Assembly (NCBI GenBank): GCA_002269645.1
Contig: NIVC01000010.1
Location: 2,108,001 to 2,172,000 of the forward strand
Direction: 5' to 3'
Length of the DNA: 64,000 nt
Source: Macrostomum lignano
Lineage: Eukaryota
Position 1 is the stretch's first letter. Each line of letters begins with the position of its first letter. This document shows positions 34,426 to 48,358 of this stretch, one piece after another. The notes under the pieces were generated by a model, which saw only the letters and a program-made list of their open reading frames with translations, was not told the origin of the DNA and searched no databases. The position numbers and the translations under genes are program-made.

Positions 34426-35964
34426 GAATATATACTTAGTAGTAAAACAGCTTTCTACTTTCAGTTCAGTAGCATAGATGGAAGAATAGATAAGCTACGC
34501 TCGTATTTTAAAAAAGTAAAGGCAGCTGAAATTACTTCGATAAGTTTAGAAGCCCAAGCTTGCAGGCGTAAACAACTTGCTAATTGGTTCAGCAGAAATG
34601 TACATTAGCCAGTCCACTGAAATGTACATGGCAACTTTAGGCTGGAATTCCGAGAAAGGCAATAAAAATTGGGGCGGAGCCGGGGGGGGGTAGTGTGGAA
34701 AGGCGCGGTTGGCGGGTTTAGGCTTGGGGGGTAAGAGCCAATAAATGACCCTTTGCTGTAATTCTGAAATGCTTCTGTTTAACTTACTACCGAATTGAAA
34801 ATAGCTTACATGCAATTGTGCTGAGTGGCCCATCTAGCCGGATATAGTTATTCTAGTATCTGTGGTAATAAATAACAATTTTATGATTTTATGACTCGAT
34901 TTGCCTCTCACCACTCGATCTGGAACAGCACCAGAGACCAGGCCAGCACGATGGACACCAGCCCGAACATCCAGTTCCACATGCAGGGCTCCGAGTCTGG
35001 CGGGTACATGAACAGGAAGGTCGAGAAGTACAGGCTCAGGTAGAAGTACACCTCGATAGGACAGGCGCTGAAGAAGTTTTTCGGGTAATCGAGGAGTCAT
35101 TTGCATCTGATCTCACCTTGTCTCATTACATCTAATCTCCCCTCATCTCATCTCATTCCCCTCATCTCATCTCATCTAATCTTATCTAATCTCATCTCAT
35201 CTCACCTCATCTCATCTCATCTCATCTCATCTCACCTCATCCCGCCTCATCTTCACTCATCTCATCTCATCGTATCTCATCTTACCTCATCTCATCTCAT
35301 CTTATCTCATCTCATCTCGTCTCATCTCATATTAACTCATCACATGAAATGAAATCTCACCTCACCCTATGCTATTTTAACTGAACTAATCCCATCATGT
35401 CTTCTTATATCTAATCTCGGACGTAATCTCGTCCTAAAATATTTTATTCCATCTTATTTCATTTTATCTCATCTAGTCCCATGTCATCTCATCAAATCTT
35501 AACAAACCTAATCAAATCTGATCTACTTCTGGTTCTGAAATTATCTTCAACTAATTTCATTTCATGTAACCCGATTTTATCTTAATACAAAGCAGGATTA
35601 CTTTGTGCAGAAATTTCAGCAGCTCAAGCAGAACTCGAATAATTAGAAAGCAAGTGATGACGGACTTCTCAGCGATAATTCTCCAGTTAGTGAGTTTCGG
35701 TCGCTGTAATTTACAAATTTCTTTCAGAGTAAATAAAATATCAAAATTGTACCACTAAACTTTTTCAATTACTATAAGTAGCAATGCAAGAGTATTTTAC
35801 CCCGGAACCGGAGCCCAAGCTCCTGGTTGAGTTAACTGGAGGTTTCTGGAATGGTTACAATTATGAAATTATAAACAGAATTAAAAAAATGCTAAAAAAT
35901 TTAAATCAATCTAAGTTGATTCAGGTTAGGTCTAAGTTTATAAGTTCAGCTTAGCACCAAGTCA

Positions 35965-36165
35965 ATCAAGTTTGGCGCCCCCAGTCAATCAAGTTTGGCG
36001 CCCCCAGTCAATCAAGTTTGGCGCCCCTGTCAATGAAGTTTGGCGCCCTGCAGTCTTTCATGTTTGGCGCCCTGCAGTCTTTCTTGTTTGGCGCCCTGCA
36101 GTCTTTCATGTTTGGCGCCCCTGTCTTTAATGTGTGGCGCCCCTGTCAATCAAATTTGGCGCATA
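35965..36165. repeat. 23-24 bp GTTTGGCGCCC-core minisatellite, intron 16 of copy B
   Basis: Short degenerate array. Confidence 0.85.
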
Positions 36166-36469
36166 TTTCTTTCAGAATGGCGCAATTTTCTTTCAGTTTG
36201 GCCCCTGCAGGTGCAGATAAAACTGTTTGGCGCACATCCAAGCTAAAAACTGAATATCAAAAGTGGCAGACCAGGCCAGCCGTGGTGTTTCTGCAGCCGT
36301 ACTCGTCCATCTGGTTGGGCAGCAGCGGTCCCTGGTCCACCACGAACACCGTCAGGCAGGCGACAAACAGGGCGTAGAAAAATATGTCAATCCACAGGGA
36401 CATGCTGGCGAACTTCTGCCTGCAGTTCGTGGTAGAATTTCTTTCTGTAGCAGACGGACAGATAGCAGA

Positions 36470-37650
<1,181 letters not shown>

Positions 37651-39489
37651 GCGAGACAGAAACCCGCACCACTTCTCCTGCATAACAGCAGAAGACAGAG
37701 GATGCTTGAGCAAGTCCAGCTGCTTGAACCGAGCCATAGTCATCAGAGCCAGGTAGCGATGAGGCTGAGAGGCTGGATCATCTGGTCCAGGATCGATTAG
37801 GGAGTAGTTGTAGATTACCTGAAGATGGAAATTTTGCACAAAATTTTGCAGTACAGATGTATCTTATACAAGGCAAAAATCGAGTCACTAAAGAGAACCA
37901 ACCGCAAAGTTTTTGTCCATGGGATCGTGAACCGTTGTGTCGATTCCGTAGTCCAGAACTTTCTACGAAACAATATATTATGAAAATTGCATTTTAGTAA
38001 GTTGCAAAGTTGGTTACTGTTAGTAGTGCACAATGCAACTGAAGTTAGTTCCCGTCTGAGACTTTAAAAGCAGCAATTTTTTACCTTGGCAAATTCAGGC
38101 GAATACTGAACCAGCTTGTCCATGTGCGTCCTGCCATTCTCCCGTCGGTATGCCATGATCCACGACCAGCTGCGGTTATGTTGGAATTCGTGGAGAGTCT
38201 TTAGTGTACCTGGGGCCGCTTGCAGTCTTTTGAGAGAGAGAGAGACTTGACAGTCATGAGAAGCTACGCTACTTAACTTGAGATTCATGAGAAGCTACGC
38301 TACTCAACTTGACAATCATGAGAAGCTACGCTACTCAACTTGAGAATCATGATAAGCTACGCTACTCAACTTGAGAATCATGAGAAGCATTGCTACTGAA
38401 CTCCAATACCGTAACATTGAACGCCAAGCATAGAATGTCACGAAAATGCGCCACATACTACTGCTCGCTGAAAAAAATCTCCAGCGCCTCTCGATTGCTG
38501 ACGAGAATAGCGAAGTCCACAGCCGTCTCGCTGTTGTTGTTCTCGCTGATCGGTGCTGAGTACTCCAGCAGCAGCCTCACGCACCGGCCTGTTAAGTCCT
38601 CCTTTGCTGCATAGTGCAGGGCCGTGTTCTGCAATTATTCAGAGATATTTTCAGCCATTTGTACTTTTAATATTAGTACGCGTGCACTAATGATGGCAAC
38701 CTTGTTGACATCGGTGGCGTTGATATCGATGTCCCTGTCCAGGAGGAACTTGGCGATCTCGTAGTGAGACTTGGCGACCGCCAGCATCAGCGAGTTGCGG
38801 CCCACATCGTCTCTGGGGTCAATGGGTGCAAATGAGTCACTGATTTTGTAGAGCTGCTGGGTGAGTGAGTCTCTGGGGTCATTGGGTGCGAATGAGTCAC
38901 TGATTTTGTAGAGCTGCTGGGTGATTGAGTCTCTGGGGTCATTGGGTGCGAATGGGTCACTGATTTTGTAGAGCTGCTGGGTGAGTGAGTCTCTGGGGTC
39001 ATTGGGTGCGAATGAGTCACTGATTTTGTTGAGCTGCTGGGTGATTGAGTCTCTGGGGCACTCTGGGGCACTGAGTCACTCTAGGGCATTGAGTCACTGT
39101 GGGGTGATTGGGTCACTCTGGGTTGTTGTGTTAGTGGGTCACTGGGTCACTGGGCGATCGAGTCACTAATGCTAATCTCAGATCGCTCAGCCCCTCAACT
39201 CCCAACAGCCTCACTTGGCGCTGAAGTCCGCTCCGCACTCAACGCACAGGAAGTGAAAAACGTCAAAGCGGCCCTCCTCAGCCGCTAGCAGCACCATTGT
39301 CCGCTCGTCCAGGTCGCGATGATGAACTGACAGGCCGGGCGTGGCCTCGATGAGCAGCCTCAGGCAGTCCAGGTGGCCGGCCTTGGCCGCCACGTGGGTG
39401 GGACGGCGCTCGTCTCCGTCAACGACGGTGCAGTCGGCGCCGCTGCCCACCAGGCGTCTGGCGAGCTGAAGGTGGTGGTTTCATCCTCA

Positions 39490-41338
39490 GAAAGATCCCA
39501 GATCCCGATCCCAGATCCCGATCCCAGATCCCGATCCCAGATCCCGATCCCAGATCCCGATCCCAGATCCCGATCCCAGATCCCGATCCCAGATCCCGAT
39601 CCCAGATCCCGATCCCAGATCCCGATCCCAGATCCCGATCCCAGATCCCGATCCCAGATCCCGATCCCAGATCCCAGATCCCGATCCCAGATCCCGATCC
39701 CAGATCCCGATCCCAGATCCCGATCCCAGATCCCGATCCCAGATCCCGATCCCAGATCCCGATCCCAGATCCCGATCCCAGATCCCGATCCCAGATCCCG
39801 ATCCCAGATCCCGATCCCAGATCCCGATCCCAGATCCCAGATCCCAGATCCCGATCCCAGATCCCGATCCCAGATCCCGATCCCAGATCCCGATCCCAGA
39901 TCCCGATCCCAGATCCCGATCCCAGATCCCGATCCCAGATCCCGATCCCAGATCCCGATCCCAGATCCCGATCCCAGATCCCGATCCCAGATCCCGATCC
40001 CAGATCCCGATCCCAGATCCCGATCCCAGATCCCGATCCCAGATCCCGATCCCAGATCCCGATCCCAGATCCCGATCCCAGATCCCGATCCCAGATCCCG
40101 ATCCCAGATCCCGATCCCAGATCCCGATCCCAGATCCCGATCCCAGATCCCGATCCCAGATCCCGATCCCAGATCCCGATCCCAGATCCCGATCCCAGAT
40201 CCCGATCCCAGATCCCGATCCCGATCCCAGATCCCGATCCCAGATCCCGATCCCAGATCCCGATCCCAGATCCCGATCCCAGATCCCGATCCCAGATCCC
40301 GATCCCAGATCCCGATCCCAGATCCCGATCCCAGATCCCGATCCCAGATCCCGATCCCAGATCCCGATCCCAGATCCCGATCCCAGATCCCGATCCCAGA
40401 TCCCGATCCCAGATCCCGATCCCAGATCCCGATCCCAGATCCCGATCCCAGATCCCGATCCCAGATCCCGATCCCAGATCCCGATCCCAGATCCCGATCC
40501 CAGATCCCGATCCCAGATCCCGATCCCAGATCCCGATCCCAGATCCCGATCCCAGATCCCGATCCCAGATCCCGATCCCAGATCCCGATCCCAGATCCCG
40601 ATCCCAGATCCCGATCCCAGATCCCGATCCCAGATCCCGATCCCAGATCCCGATCCCAGATCCCGATCCCAGATCCCGATCCCAGATCCCGATCCCAGAT
40701 CCCGATCCCAGATCCCGATCCCAGATCCCGATCCCAGATCCCGATCCCAGATCCCGATCCCAGATCCCGATCCCAGATCCCAGATCCCAGATCCCAGATC
40801 CCAGATCCCAGATCCCGATCCCAGATCCCGATCCCAGATCCCGATCCCAGATCCCGATCCCAGATCCCGATCCCAGATCCCGATCCCAGATCCCGATCCC
40901 AGATCCCGATCCCAGATCCCGATCCCAGATCCCGATCCCAGATCCCGATCCCAGATCCCGATCCCAGATCCCGATCCCAGATCCCGATCCCAGATCCCGA
41001 TCCCAGATCCCGATCCCAGATCCCGATCCCAGATCCCGATCCCAGATCCCAGATCCCGATCCCAGATCCCGATCCCAGATCCCGATCCCAGATCCCGATC
41101 CCAGATCCCGATCCCAGATCCCGATCCCAGATCCCGATCCCAGATCCCGATCCCAGATCCCGATCCCAGATCCCAGATCCCAGATCCCAGATCCCAGATC
41201 CCAGATCCCGATCCCAGATCCCGATCCCAGATCCCGATCCCAGATCCCGATCCCAGATCCCGATCCCAGATCCCGATCCCAGATCCCGATCCCAGATCCC
41301 GATCCCAGATCCCGATCCCAGATCCCGATCCCAGATCC
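39490..41338. repeat. (GATCCC GATCCCA)n satellite filling intron 9 of copy B
   Basis: 1.85 kb of 6/7-bp units; GGGATC on the sense (minus) strand. Confidence 0.97.
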
Positions 41339-41694
41339 CCAGTGCTCACCCCGGTGCAGCCCCTCTCGGCGGCGTAGTGCAGCGGAGTCTTGTCGAACAT
41401 GTCCAGCTTGTTGAGCACTGTCTCCACTCCCGGCGCCTCCAGCAGCCGCTCAACGATCCCGTCGTTGTCCTCGATGACCGCCCAGTGCAGCGGCGTCCGC
41501 ATGCCGACGTCGTGGCCGTCCAGCCTGGCACGGAATTCCAGCAGGACGTCGGCGACTGGACGGTGGCCCCGCTTGCAGGCCCAGTGCAGCGGCGACATGA
41601 AGTCTGCGTCTGGGGCGTCCACGGCAGCGCCCTGGAGGAGTTCGGAGCTTGCATCAAGATTTAACAAGACCTCTCGCTAACATAACAAACACCC

Positions 41695-43250
41695 TGTTGC
41701 TGGCGCCCCTGGTGTTAAAGCCCCTGGTGCTGGCGCCCCTGGTGCTGGCGCCCCTGGTGCTAAAGCCCCTGGTGCTAAAGCCCCTGGTGCTGGCGCCCCT
41801 GGTGATAAAGCCCCTGTTGCTAAAGCCCCTGGTGCTGGCGCCCCTGGTGCTAAAGCCCCTGGTGCTGGCGCCCCTGGTGCTGGCGCCCCTGGTGTTAAAG
41901 CCCCTGGTGCTGGCGCCCCTGGTGCTAAAGCCCCTGGTGCTAAAGCCCCTGGTGCTGGCGCCCCTGGTGCTAAAGCCCCTGGTGCTGGCGCCCCTGGTGC
42001 TGGCGCTCCTGGTGCTGGCGCCCCTGGTGCTGGCGCCCCTTGGTGCTAAAGCCCCTTGGTGCTAAAGCCCCTGGTGCTGGCGCCCCTGGTGCTGGCGCCC
42101 CTGGTGCTGGCGCCCCTGGTGCTGGCGCCCCTGGTGCTGGCGCCCCTGGTGCTGGCGCCCCTGGTGCTGGCGCCCCTGGTGCTAAAGCCCCTGGTGCTGG
42201 CGCCCCTGGTGATGGCGCTCCTGGTGCTGGCGCCCCTGGTGCTGGCGCCCCTTGGTGCTAAAGCCCCTTGGTGCTAAAGCCCCTGGTGCTAAAGTCCCTG
42301 GTGCTAAAGCCCCTGGTGCTGGCGCTCCTGGTGCTGGCGCCCCTGGTGCTAAAGCCCCTTGGTGCTAAAGCCCCTGGTGCTGGCGCCCCTGGTGCTGGCG
42401 CCCCTGGTGCTGGCGCCCCTGGTGTTAAAGCCCCTGGTGCTGGCGCCCCTGGTGCTGGCGCCAATGGTGCTAAAGCCCCTGGTGCTTGCGCCCCTGGTGC
42501 TGGCGCTCCTGGTGCTGGCGCCCCTGGTGCTGGCGCCCCTTGGTGCTAAAGCCCCTGGTGCTAAAGCCCCTGGTGCTAAAGCCCCTGGTGCTAAAGCCCC
42601 TGGTGCTGGCGCTCCTGGTGCTAAAGCCCCTGGTGCTAAAGCCCCTTGGTGCTAAAGCCCCTTGGTGCTAAAGCCCCTGGTGCTGGCGCCCCTGGTGTTA
42701 AAGCCCCTGGTGCTGGCGCCCCTGGTGCTGGCGCCAATGGTGCTAAAGCCCCTGGTGCTAAAGCCCCTGGTGCTGGCGCTCCTGGTGCTGGCGCCCCTGG
42801 TGCTGGCGCCCCTTGGTGCTAAAGCCCCTGGTGCTAAAGCCCCTGGTGCTAAAGCCCCTGGTGCTAAAGCCCCTGGTGCTGGCGCTCCTGGTGCTAAAGC
42901 CCCTGGTGCTAAAGCCCCTTGGTGCTAAAGCCCCTGGTGCTAAAGCCCCTGGTGCTAAAGCCCCTGGTGCTAAAGCCCCTTGGTGCTAAAGCCCCTTGGT
43001 GCTAAAGCCCCTGGTGCTAAAGCCCCTGGTGCTAAAGCCCCTGGTGCTAAAGCCCCTGGTGCTAAAGCCCCTGGTGCTAAAGCCCCTTGGTGCTGAAGCC
43101 CCTGGTGCTGGCGCCCCTTGGTGCTAAAGCCTCTTGGTGCTAAAGCCCCTGGTGCTAAAGCCCCTGGTGCTAAAGCCCCTGGTGCTAAAGCCCCTGGTGC
43201 TAAAGCCCCTGGTGCTAAAGCCCCTTGGTGCTAAAGCCCCTGGTGCTAAA
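41695..43250. repeat. 15-bp minisatellite GGTGCTAAAGCCCCT/GGTGCTGGCGCCCCT, intron 8 of copy B
   Basis: Tandem array with two unit variants. Confidence 0.97.
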
Positions 43251-44201
43251 GGCGTTTTTGCAAGTTATTTGGCTTCAAATGCGCATAGACTACTACTGAT
43301 GAAAAATTAGTAAGTAGTTGAAATAAAGCAACCTCTGTACATATAAACCTGAGATCAAAATAACTTAGTATTAAGTTTTGTAAATGAAATGTGACACACA
43401 ATTCTCAGTAGCCTGTAATTGTAGCTCCTGGGATTTTATTCCCACAAATCTCAAACATTATTTGAGCACCTGGTCGCATGGCGGAACGTTTTGCACTTTT
43501 GTAGCTGAAATTCTAATCGATCTGAATTCTGACTCTGAATTGTAGCGATCGCAAGCATATACAAGTCGTGGGGGGGGGGGGGTTGAATCCAGAGCAGGTG
43601 TTTAAGCAAGAAATGATTGCTGCCACCAGCGCAAAAGAAGCAGCTTGGAAAAAATTATCTAAAGAATATAAAACTTAATCCATTATGCTAAACTTACTTT
43701 TAAGATAAGCTGTCTAGCAATGTCAGGTTGATTATTGAGTCCGCATCTGACAAAAAAAAGTGTTGTGAATTTCCAATTTGAATTGCGTTGAAACAATTTT
43801 TTGTTGGACTTTACCACTGGTCAACTCACTCATGAAGCGGAGTTCGTCTCTTCTTGTCCAGACCACCCGGATCTGCGCCATTCGACAGGAGAATCTCCAC
43901 CACGTCCTGGTAGCCCAGCGATGCGGCTATGTGCAGTGGCGTGTTGCCGTCATTCTGTTGAATAATCATGATGTACCAGAACGTGCGTGAGGAAACCGAT
44001 GACTACTCAAGAGGAAGGGCATAAAATAAGAATTATATGTTAATTTTATATCCTACGTACATGTACTCGTACGTGTGCTTAAGAATCATGAAAAATAATA
44101 ACACAACTCGATTCATTATTCGATTTATGAATCCATTTTATCATTCTGTTATACATTTTGTCACACAGTTCGTCTGTCGTCTGTAGTTTGAAACTTAAAC
44201 C

Positions 44202-44985
44202 CAGGGGCGTCGCCATGGATTTTATGGTAGGGGGTGGGGACAAAGCCAAGAATTAAACATGTACATGACTAAATTCCTACAATTACATTAGTTTGGGAAT
44301 CGTGTTGTCAGCGCTCATTTTGGCGCCGCAGGCACTCATTTTAGCGCCGCAGGCACTCATTTTAGCGCCGCAGGCACTCATTTTAGCGCCGCAGGCACTC
44401 ATTTTAGCGCCGAAGGCACTCATTTTAGCGCCGAAGGCACTCATTTTAGCGCCGCAGGCACTCATTTTAGCGCCGCAGGCACTCATTTTAGCGCCGCAGG
44501 CACTCATTTTAGCGCCGAAGGCACTCATTTTAGCGCCGCAGGCACTCATTTTAGCGCCGAAGGCACTCATTTTAGCGCCGCAGGCACTCATTTTAGCGCC
44601 GCAGGCACTCATTCTAGCGCCGCAGGCACTCATTTTAGCGCCGCAGACACTCATTTTAGCGCCGCAGGCACTCATTTTAGCGCCGCAGGCACTCATGTTA
44701 GCGCCGCAGGTACTCATTTTAGCGTCGCAGGCACTCATTTTAGCGCCGCAGGCACTCATTTTAGCGCCGCAGGCACTCATTTTAGCGCCGAAGGCACTCA
44801 TTTTAGCGTCGCATACACTCATTCTGGCGCCGAAGGCGCTTTTTTGGCGCCCTGAGGAAATATTATTGATTAACACGAATTACAAGGTAGGGGTGGGGGG
44901 ACAAAGCATTGGCATGTCCCCCCCATAGCTTTTACTTACTGGGGGGGGGACATGTCCCCCTGTCCCCCCAGTGGCGACGCGCCTG
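44202..44985 (+). mobile_element. hAT (Tip100-like) MITE containing a 21-bp minisatellite, intron 6 of copy B
   Basis: TIR CAGGGGCGTCGCCA / CAGGCGCGTCGCCA(rc); 8-bp TSD CTTAAACC (44194-44201, 44986-44993); internal array GCGCCGCAGGCACTCATTTTA at 44310-44850; GGGGACATGTCCCC hairpin. Confidence 0.9.
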
Positions 44986-46429
44986 CTTAAACCAAAAAAT
45001 TTCCTGTTCAAATTTATCAAGGGCGCAGCACTGTAAAAGTTCCAACCACCCTTAATCAGGAAGTGAAGTTTACTCTCTACCCCAACATGGCACTTTGGGG
45101 CAGGTCCTGTTCTCAACGTAATGCATCTTTGGTCTCGCGGTCCTCAAATTGTTCCCGCAGGCCAGCTTGTGGTTTGTTAATCTAAACTGTGACAGGTTGC
45201 ACTTTAATTCTGGGTTGGAAATTTCTAGGACATACTTTTTTGTTTGAGTAATGAGTATGTACCATTTGAAGCCATGTAGTAAAACTGACTTTTTAGCTTT
45301 GCAAAGGTCTTTACTCTTGGTCTCCAGAGTCTCATTAAATTATGGTTCAAAACCATGTAGTAATGTAGTAACCTTGTGCGTTCTGATTGGGATTAAATCA
45401 AGTTTAAGGTCACTTAAAAATCACGCTACTACATCGTGAAAAATCAGCATAGGTTTTGGAGGTTGACTGGTGACTGGACTGGATCTATATCCATGCGACA
45501 AATGCGTGATGCTTTTTGTATGACCTTGGGGGAATTCCCGACGGACACACCCAGCCCTCTTTCACTACAAGTGCAAAACAAAACAAATGTACACATACAC
45601 TAGGCTATTTCTTTACTAAATCAATAGCAGAGAGCTCAGCTATACTCACTCGTTTGACGTTGATGTTTGAACCAGCTTCAACTAGACAGTTGAGAATCTA
45701 AAATATTTGAAATTTAGTTCAATTAACTGCTTAAACTTTAGTACAATTTGAAGTGAATCAACCAAAGTATCTAAATAGCATGTTTTATCACCTCAATCTG
45801 ACGATTCTGCGTGGCATGATGCAGAGCAGTCGATCCATCATTGTCCTGACGCTCCAGCAGCAGCTGCTTGCTTTGCGAGCTGGCTGCGTTGCCTGCTGAA
45901 ATGCGACGGTTTTTACCGGATGAACCATTTCATGTATTTTTCAAGACAAAAGCACAATTCTAAACGTTTTTCCTTACGCATTTTCATAGCGTAGCGAAGA
46001 AGCTCCTTCAGAACAGTTAAACGACCCTCGATGCAGGCAACCATGATTGGGTTGAGGCCGTTATTGTCAGCCACATTCAACTTGGCTCCGTTTGAGAGCT
46101 TCAATTATAAAATAAATTCACACAATGCATGCAGTAATTATGCTTAATTCTTCAAAACGCTAGGTTGAGTACTATAAATTTGCTCACCAGAAGTTCGCAC
46201 AGCTCCAAGCTGCCATTCCGAGACGGCTGGTGCAGAGCAGACACGCCATCCTTCTCCTGTTTGAGCACATTGGCACCCGACAGGATTAAAAGCTGCAGAA
46301 TCAGCAAAGTTGATTTGAGTTAGTTGAATTAAGCTGAGAATGCACTATGGGTTGTTCGAGCCCAGATTTTATTGGAGAGTTTATTTCGAGTATGCTTGAG
46401 ACGTCTAAGAGAGAATTCAAGGGTTTAGG

Positions 46430-46965
46430 GTTATCAGGGTGTCGCAGGGCTGAGGGGGCGTCAGATCTGAGGGTGTCAGGGCTGAGGGGGCGTCAGGGCT
46501 GAGGGTGTCAGGGCTTAGGGGGCGTCAGGGCTGAAGGGTGTCAGGGCTGAAGGGTGTCAGGGCTGGGGTGTCAGGGCTGAGGGTGTCAGGGCTGAAAGGT
46601 GTCAGGGCTGAAGGGTGTCAGGGCTGGGGTGTCAGGGCTGAGGGTGTCAGGGCTGAAAGGTGTCAGGGCTGAAGGGTGTCAGGGCTGGGGTGTCAGGGCT
46701 GAGGGTGTCAGGGCTGAGGGTGTCAGGGCTGATGGGTGTCAGGGCTGATGGGTGTCAGGGCTGAGGGGTGTCAGGGCTGAAAGGTGTCAGGGCTGAAGGG
46801 TGTCAGGGCTGGGGTGTCAGGGCTGAGGGTGTCAGGGCTGAGGGTGTCAGGGCTGATGGGTGTCAGGGCTGATGGGTGTCAGGGCTGAGGGGTGTCAGGG
46901 CTGACGGTGTCAGGGCTGAGAGTGTCAGGGCTAAAAGGTGTCAGAGCTGAGGGGTGTCAGGGCTG
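46430..46965. repeat. 15-16 bp minisatellite GGGTGTCAGGGCTGA, intron 2 of copy B
   Basis: Reverse complement of the 2330-2955 family. Confidence 0.95.
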
Positions 46966-47732
46966 CAGGTCATCAGCGACCCCTCACCCTGGCGATCTGC
47001 ACGTGGCTCCTCCGGCACGCCACATGCAGGGCCGTCTGCCCCTTGTCGTCAGTAACGTCAATCTTGATGCCCTTCTGCCGCAGAAGCAGCTGCATCGCCT
47101 CCTCGACGTTGAAGGTTGCAGCCGCGTGGATCGGCCGGGTGCCCTCTTGGCCGCGAAGGTTCAGCGCAGCGCCTTTCCGAATGAGCAGCTGCAGAACCTC
47201 CAGACGGCGGTACTTGATGGCGTAGCTTAGGGCGCACGTGAGCCGCTCGTCCAAGCTGTCGATCAGCGACGGCTTGGCGAGGACGGCCGCCCGGACGAAC
47301 TGCGCGTCGCCTTCGCGAACCGCGTGGTGAAACTGCGGGGGCGAGAGGGGCGGCTTTGAGTTCTGAGAGGGTTTGAAATCCAATGGTGTGACTGCAGATT
47401 AGTCAGTTTGCCTTCAGACGCTGGGTGCAAATAAAAGAAGACAGTCGCAAGCAGTCAATTCCATTCTGCTGGACACCTATTGCGGGATGCACTCTATACC
47501 GCCACTTGAGGAAAGTATACTTTTGCTATGTGAATAATGTGAAATTCACATTGAAAAGAAAGTGACGATAACCGAACGTTTCTGCATACGAAAGATCAAA
47601 TAGAGGGTATTCAGTATTTTTGCTGCGTTAAACGAGAGGTGGCTCATCTTAAGTACAAGCGCAGAGAATGGCTAATTTGGAAGATAAGGGCAGTCGCATT
47701 TAATGTGACTTTCACATGGCGCGGCAGAAGTG

Positions 47733-47740
47733 TATAAATA
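47733..47740 (+). promoter_or_regulatory. Candidate TATA box of the ferritin gene
   Basis: TATAAATA about 105 bp upstream of a GCACCATG start. Confidence 0.5.
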
Positions 47741-47842
47741 TTCAAGACGCCGAATCTTGTGAGAGTCCAAACAATCTAATCCAGCAGACATCGATCAGCA
47801 GAGTTAATTAAGCAAGCCGCAATCGCACACAGCCGCCGCACC

Positions 47843-48358
47843 ATGAGCACCAGCAGGATCAGGCAGAACTTCCACGAAGAGAGCGAGGCCGCCTTGAACC
47901 GGCAGGTGAACATGGAGCTGTTCGCGTCCTACACCTACCAGAGCATGAGCTTCCATTTCGCCAGGGATGACGTCGCCCTGCCGGGCATCGCCGCCCACTT
48001 CGCCAAAGAGTCCGCTGAGGAGCGCGGGCACGCCGAGAAGCTGATGAAGCTGATCAATCAGCGAGGCGGCGCCATCGTGCTGGACAACATCAGCAAGCCG
48101 AAGAAGCAGGCCTGGGGCTCCATGCTGGAAGCGATGCAGGACGCCCTGCAGCTGGAGAGAGACGTCAACCAGAGCCTGCTGGACCTGCACAAGGTCGCAT
48201 CGAAGCACGAGGATGCGCACCTCACCGACTATCTGGAGGGCGAGTTCCTCACCGAGCAGGTGGATGCTATCGAGAAGATCTCAGGCTACATCACGCAGCT
48301 CAAGAGAGTCGGCACTGGACTTGGAGAGTACATCTTCGACCACGAGGCTTTCAGTTGA
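47843..48358 (+). CDS. FTH1: Ferritin, H-type/soma-like, intronless, 171 aa
   Basis: RQNFHEESEAALNRQVNMELFASYTY, ESAEERGHAEKLM, ALQLE, LTDYLEGEFLTEQVDAI. Ferroxidase residues equivalent to E27, Y34, E61, E62, H65, E107 and Q141 all present; no signal peptide. Confidence 0.97.
   Translation: MSTSRIRQNFHEESEAALNRQVNMELFASYTYQSMSFHFARDDVALPGIAAHFAKESAEERGHAEKLMKLINQRGGAIVLDNISKPKKQAWGSMLEAMQDALQLERDVNQSLLDLHKVASKHEDAHLTDYLEGEFLTEQVDAIEKISGYITQLKRVGTGLGEYIFDHEAFS

Noticed and set aside
39373-41667. 763-aa and 726-aa ORFs
   Set aside because: GATCCC satellite intron plus exon 9 or the antisense of exon 10; canonical splice sites bound the array.
47804-48220. Antisense ORF over ferritin, and the similar 62996-63589 ORF over eIF4E
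   Set aside because: Shadow ORFs from GC-rich codon usage on the opposite strand.
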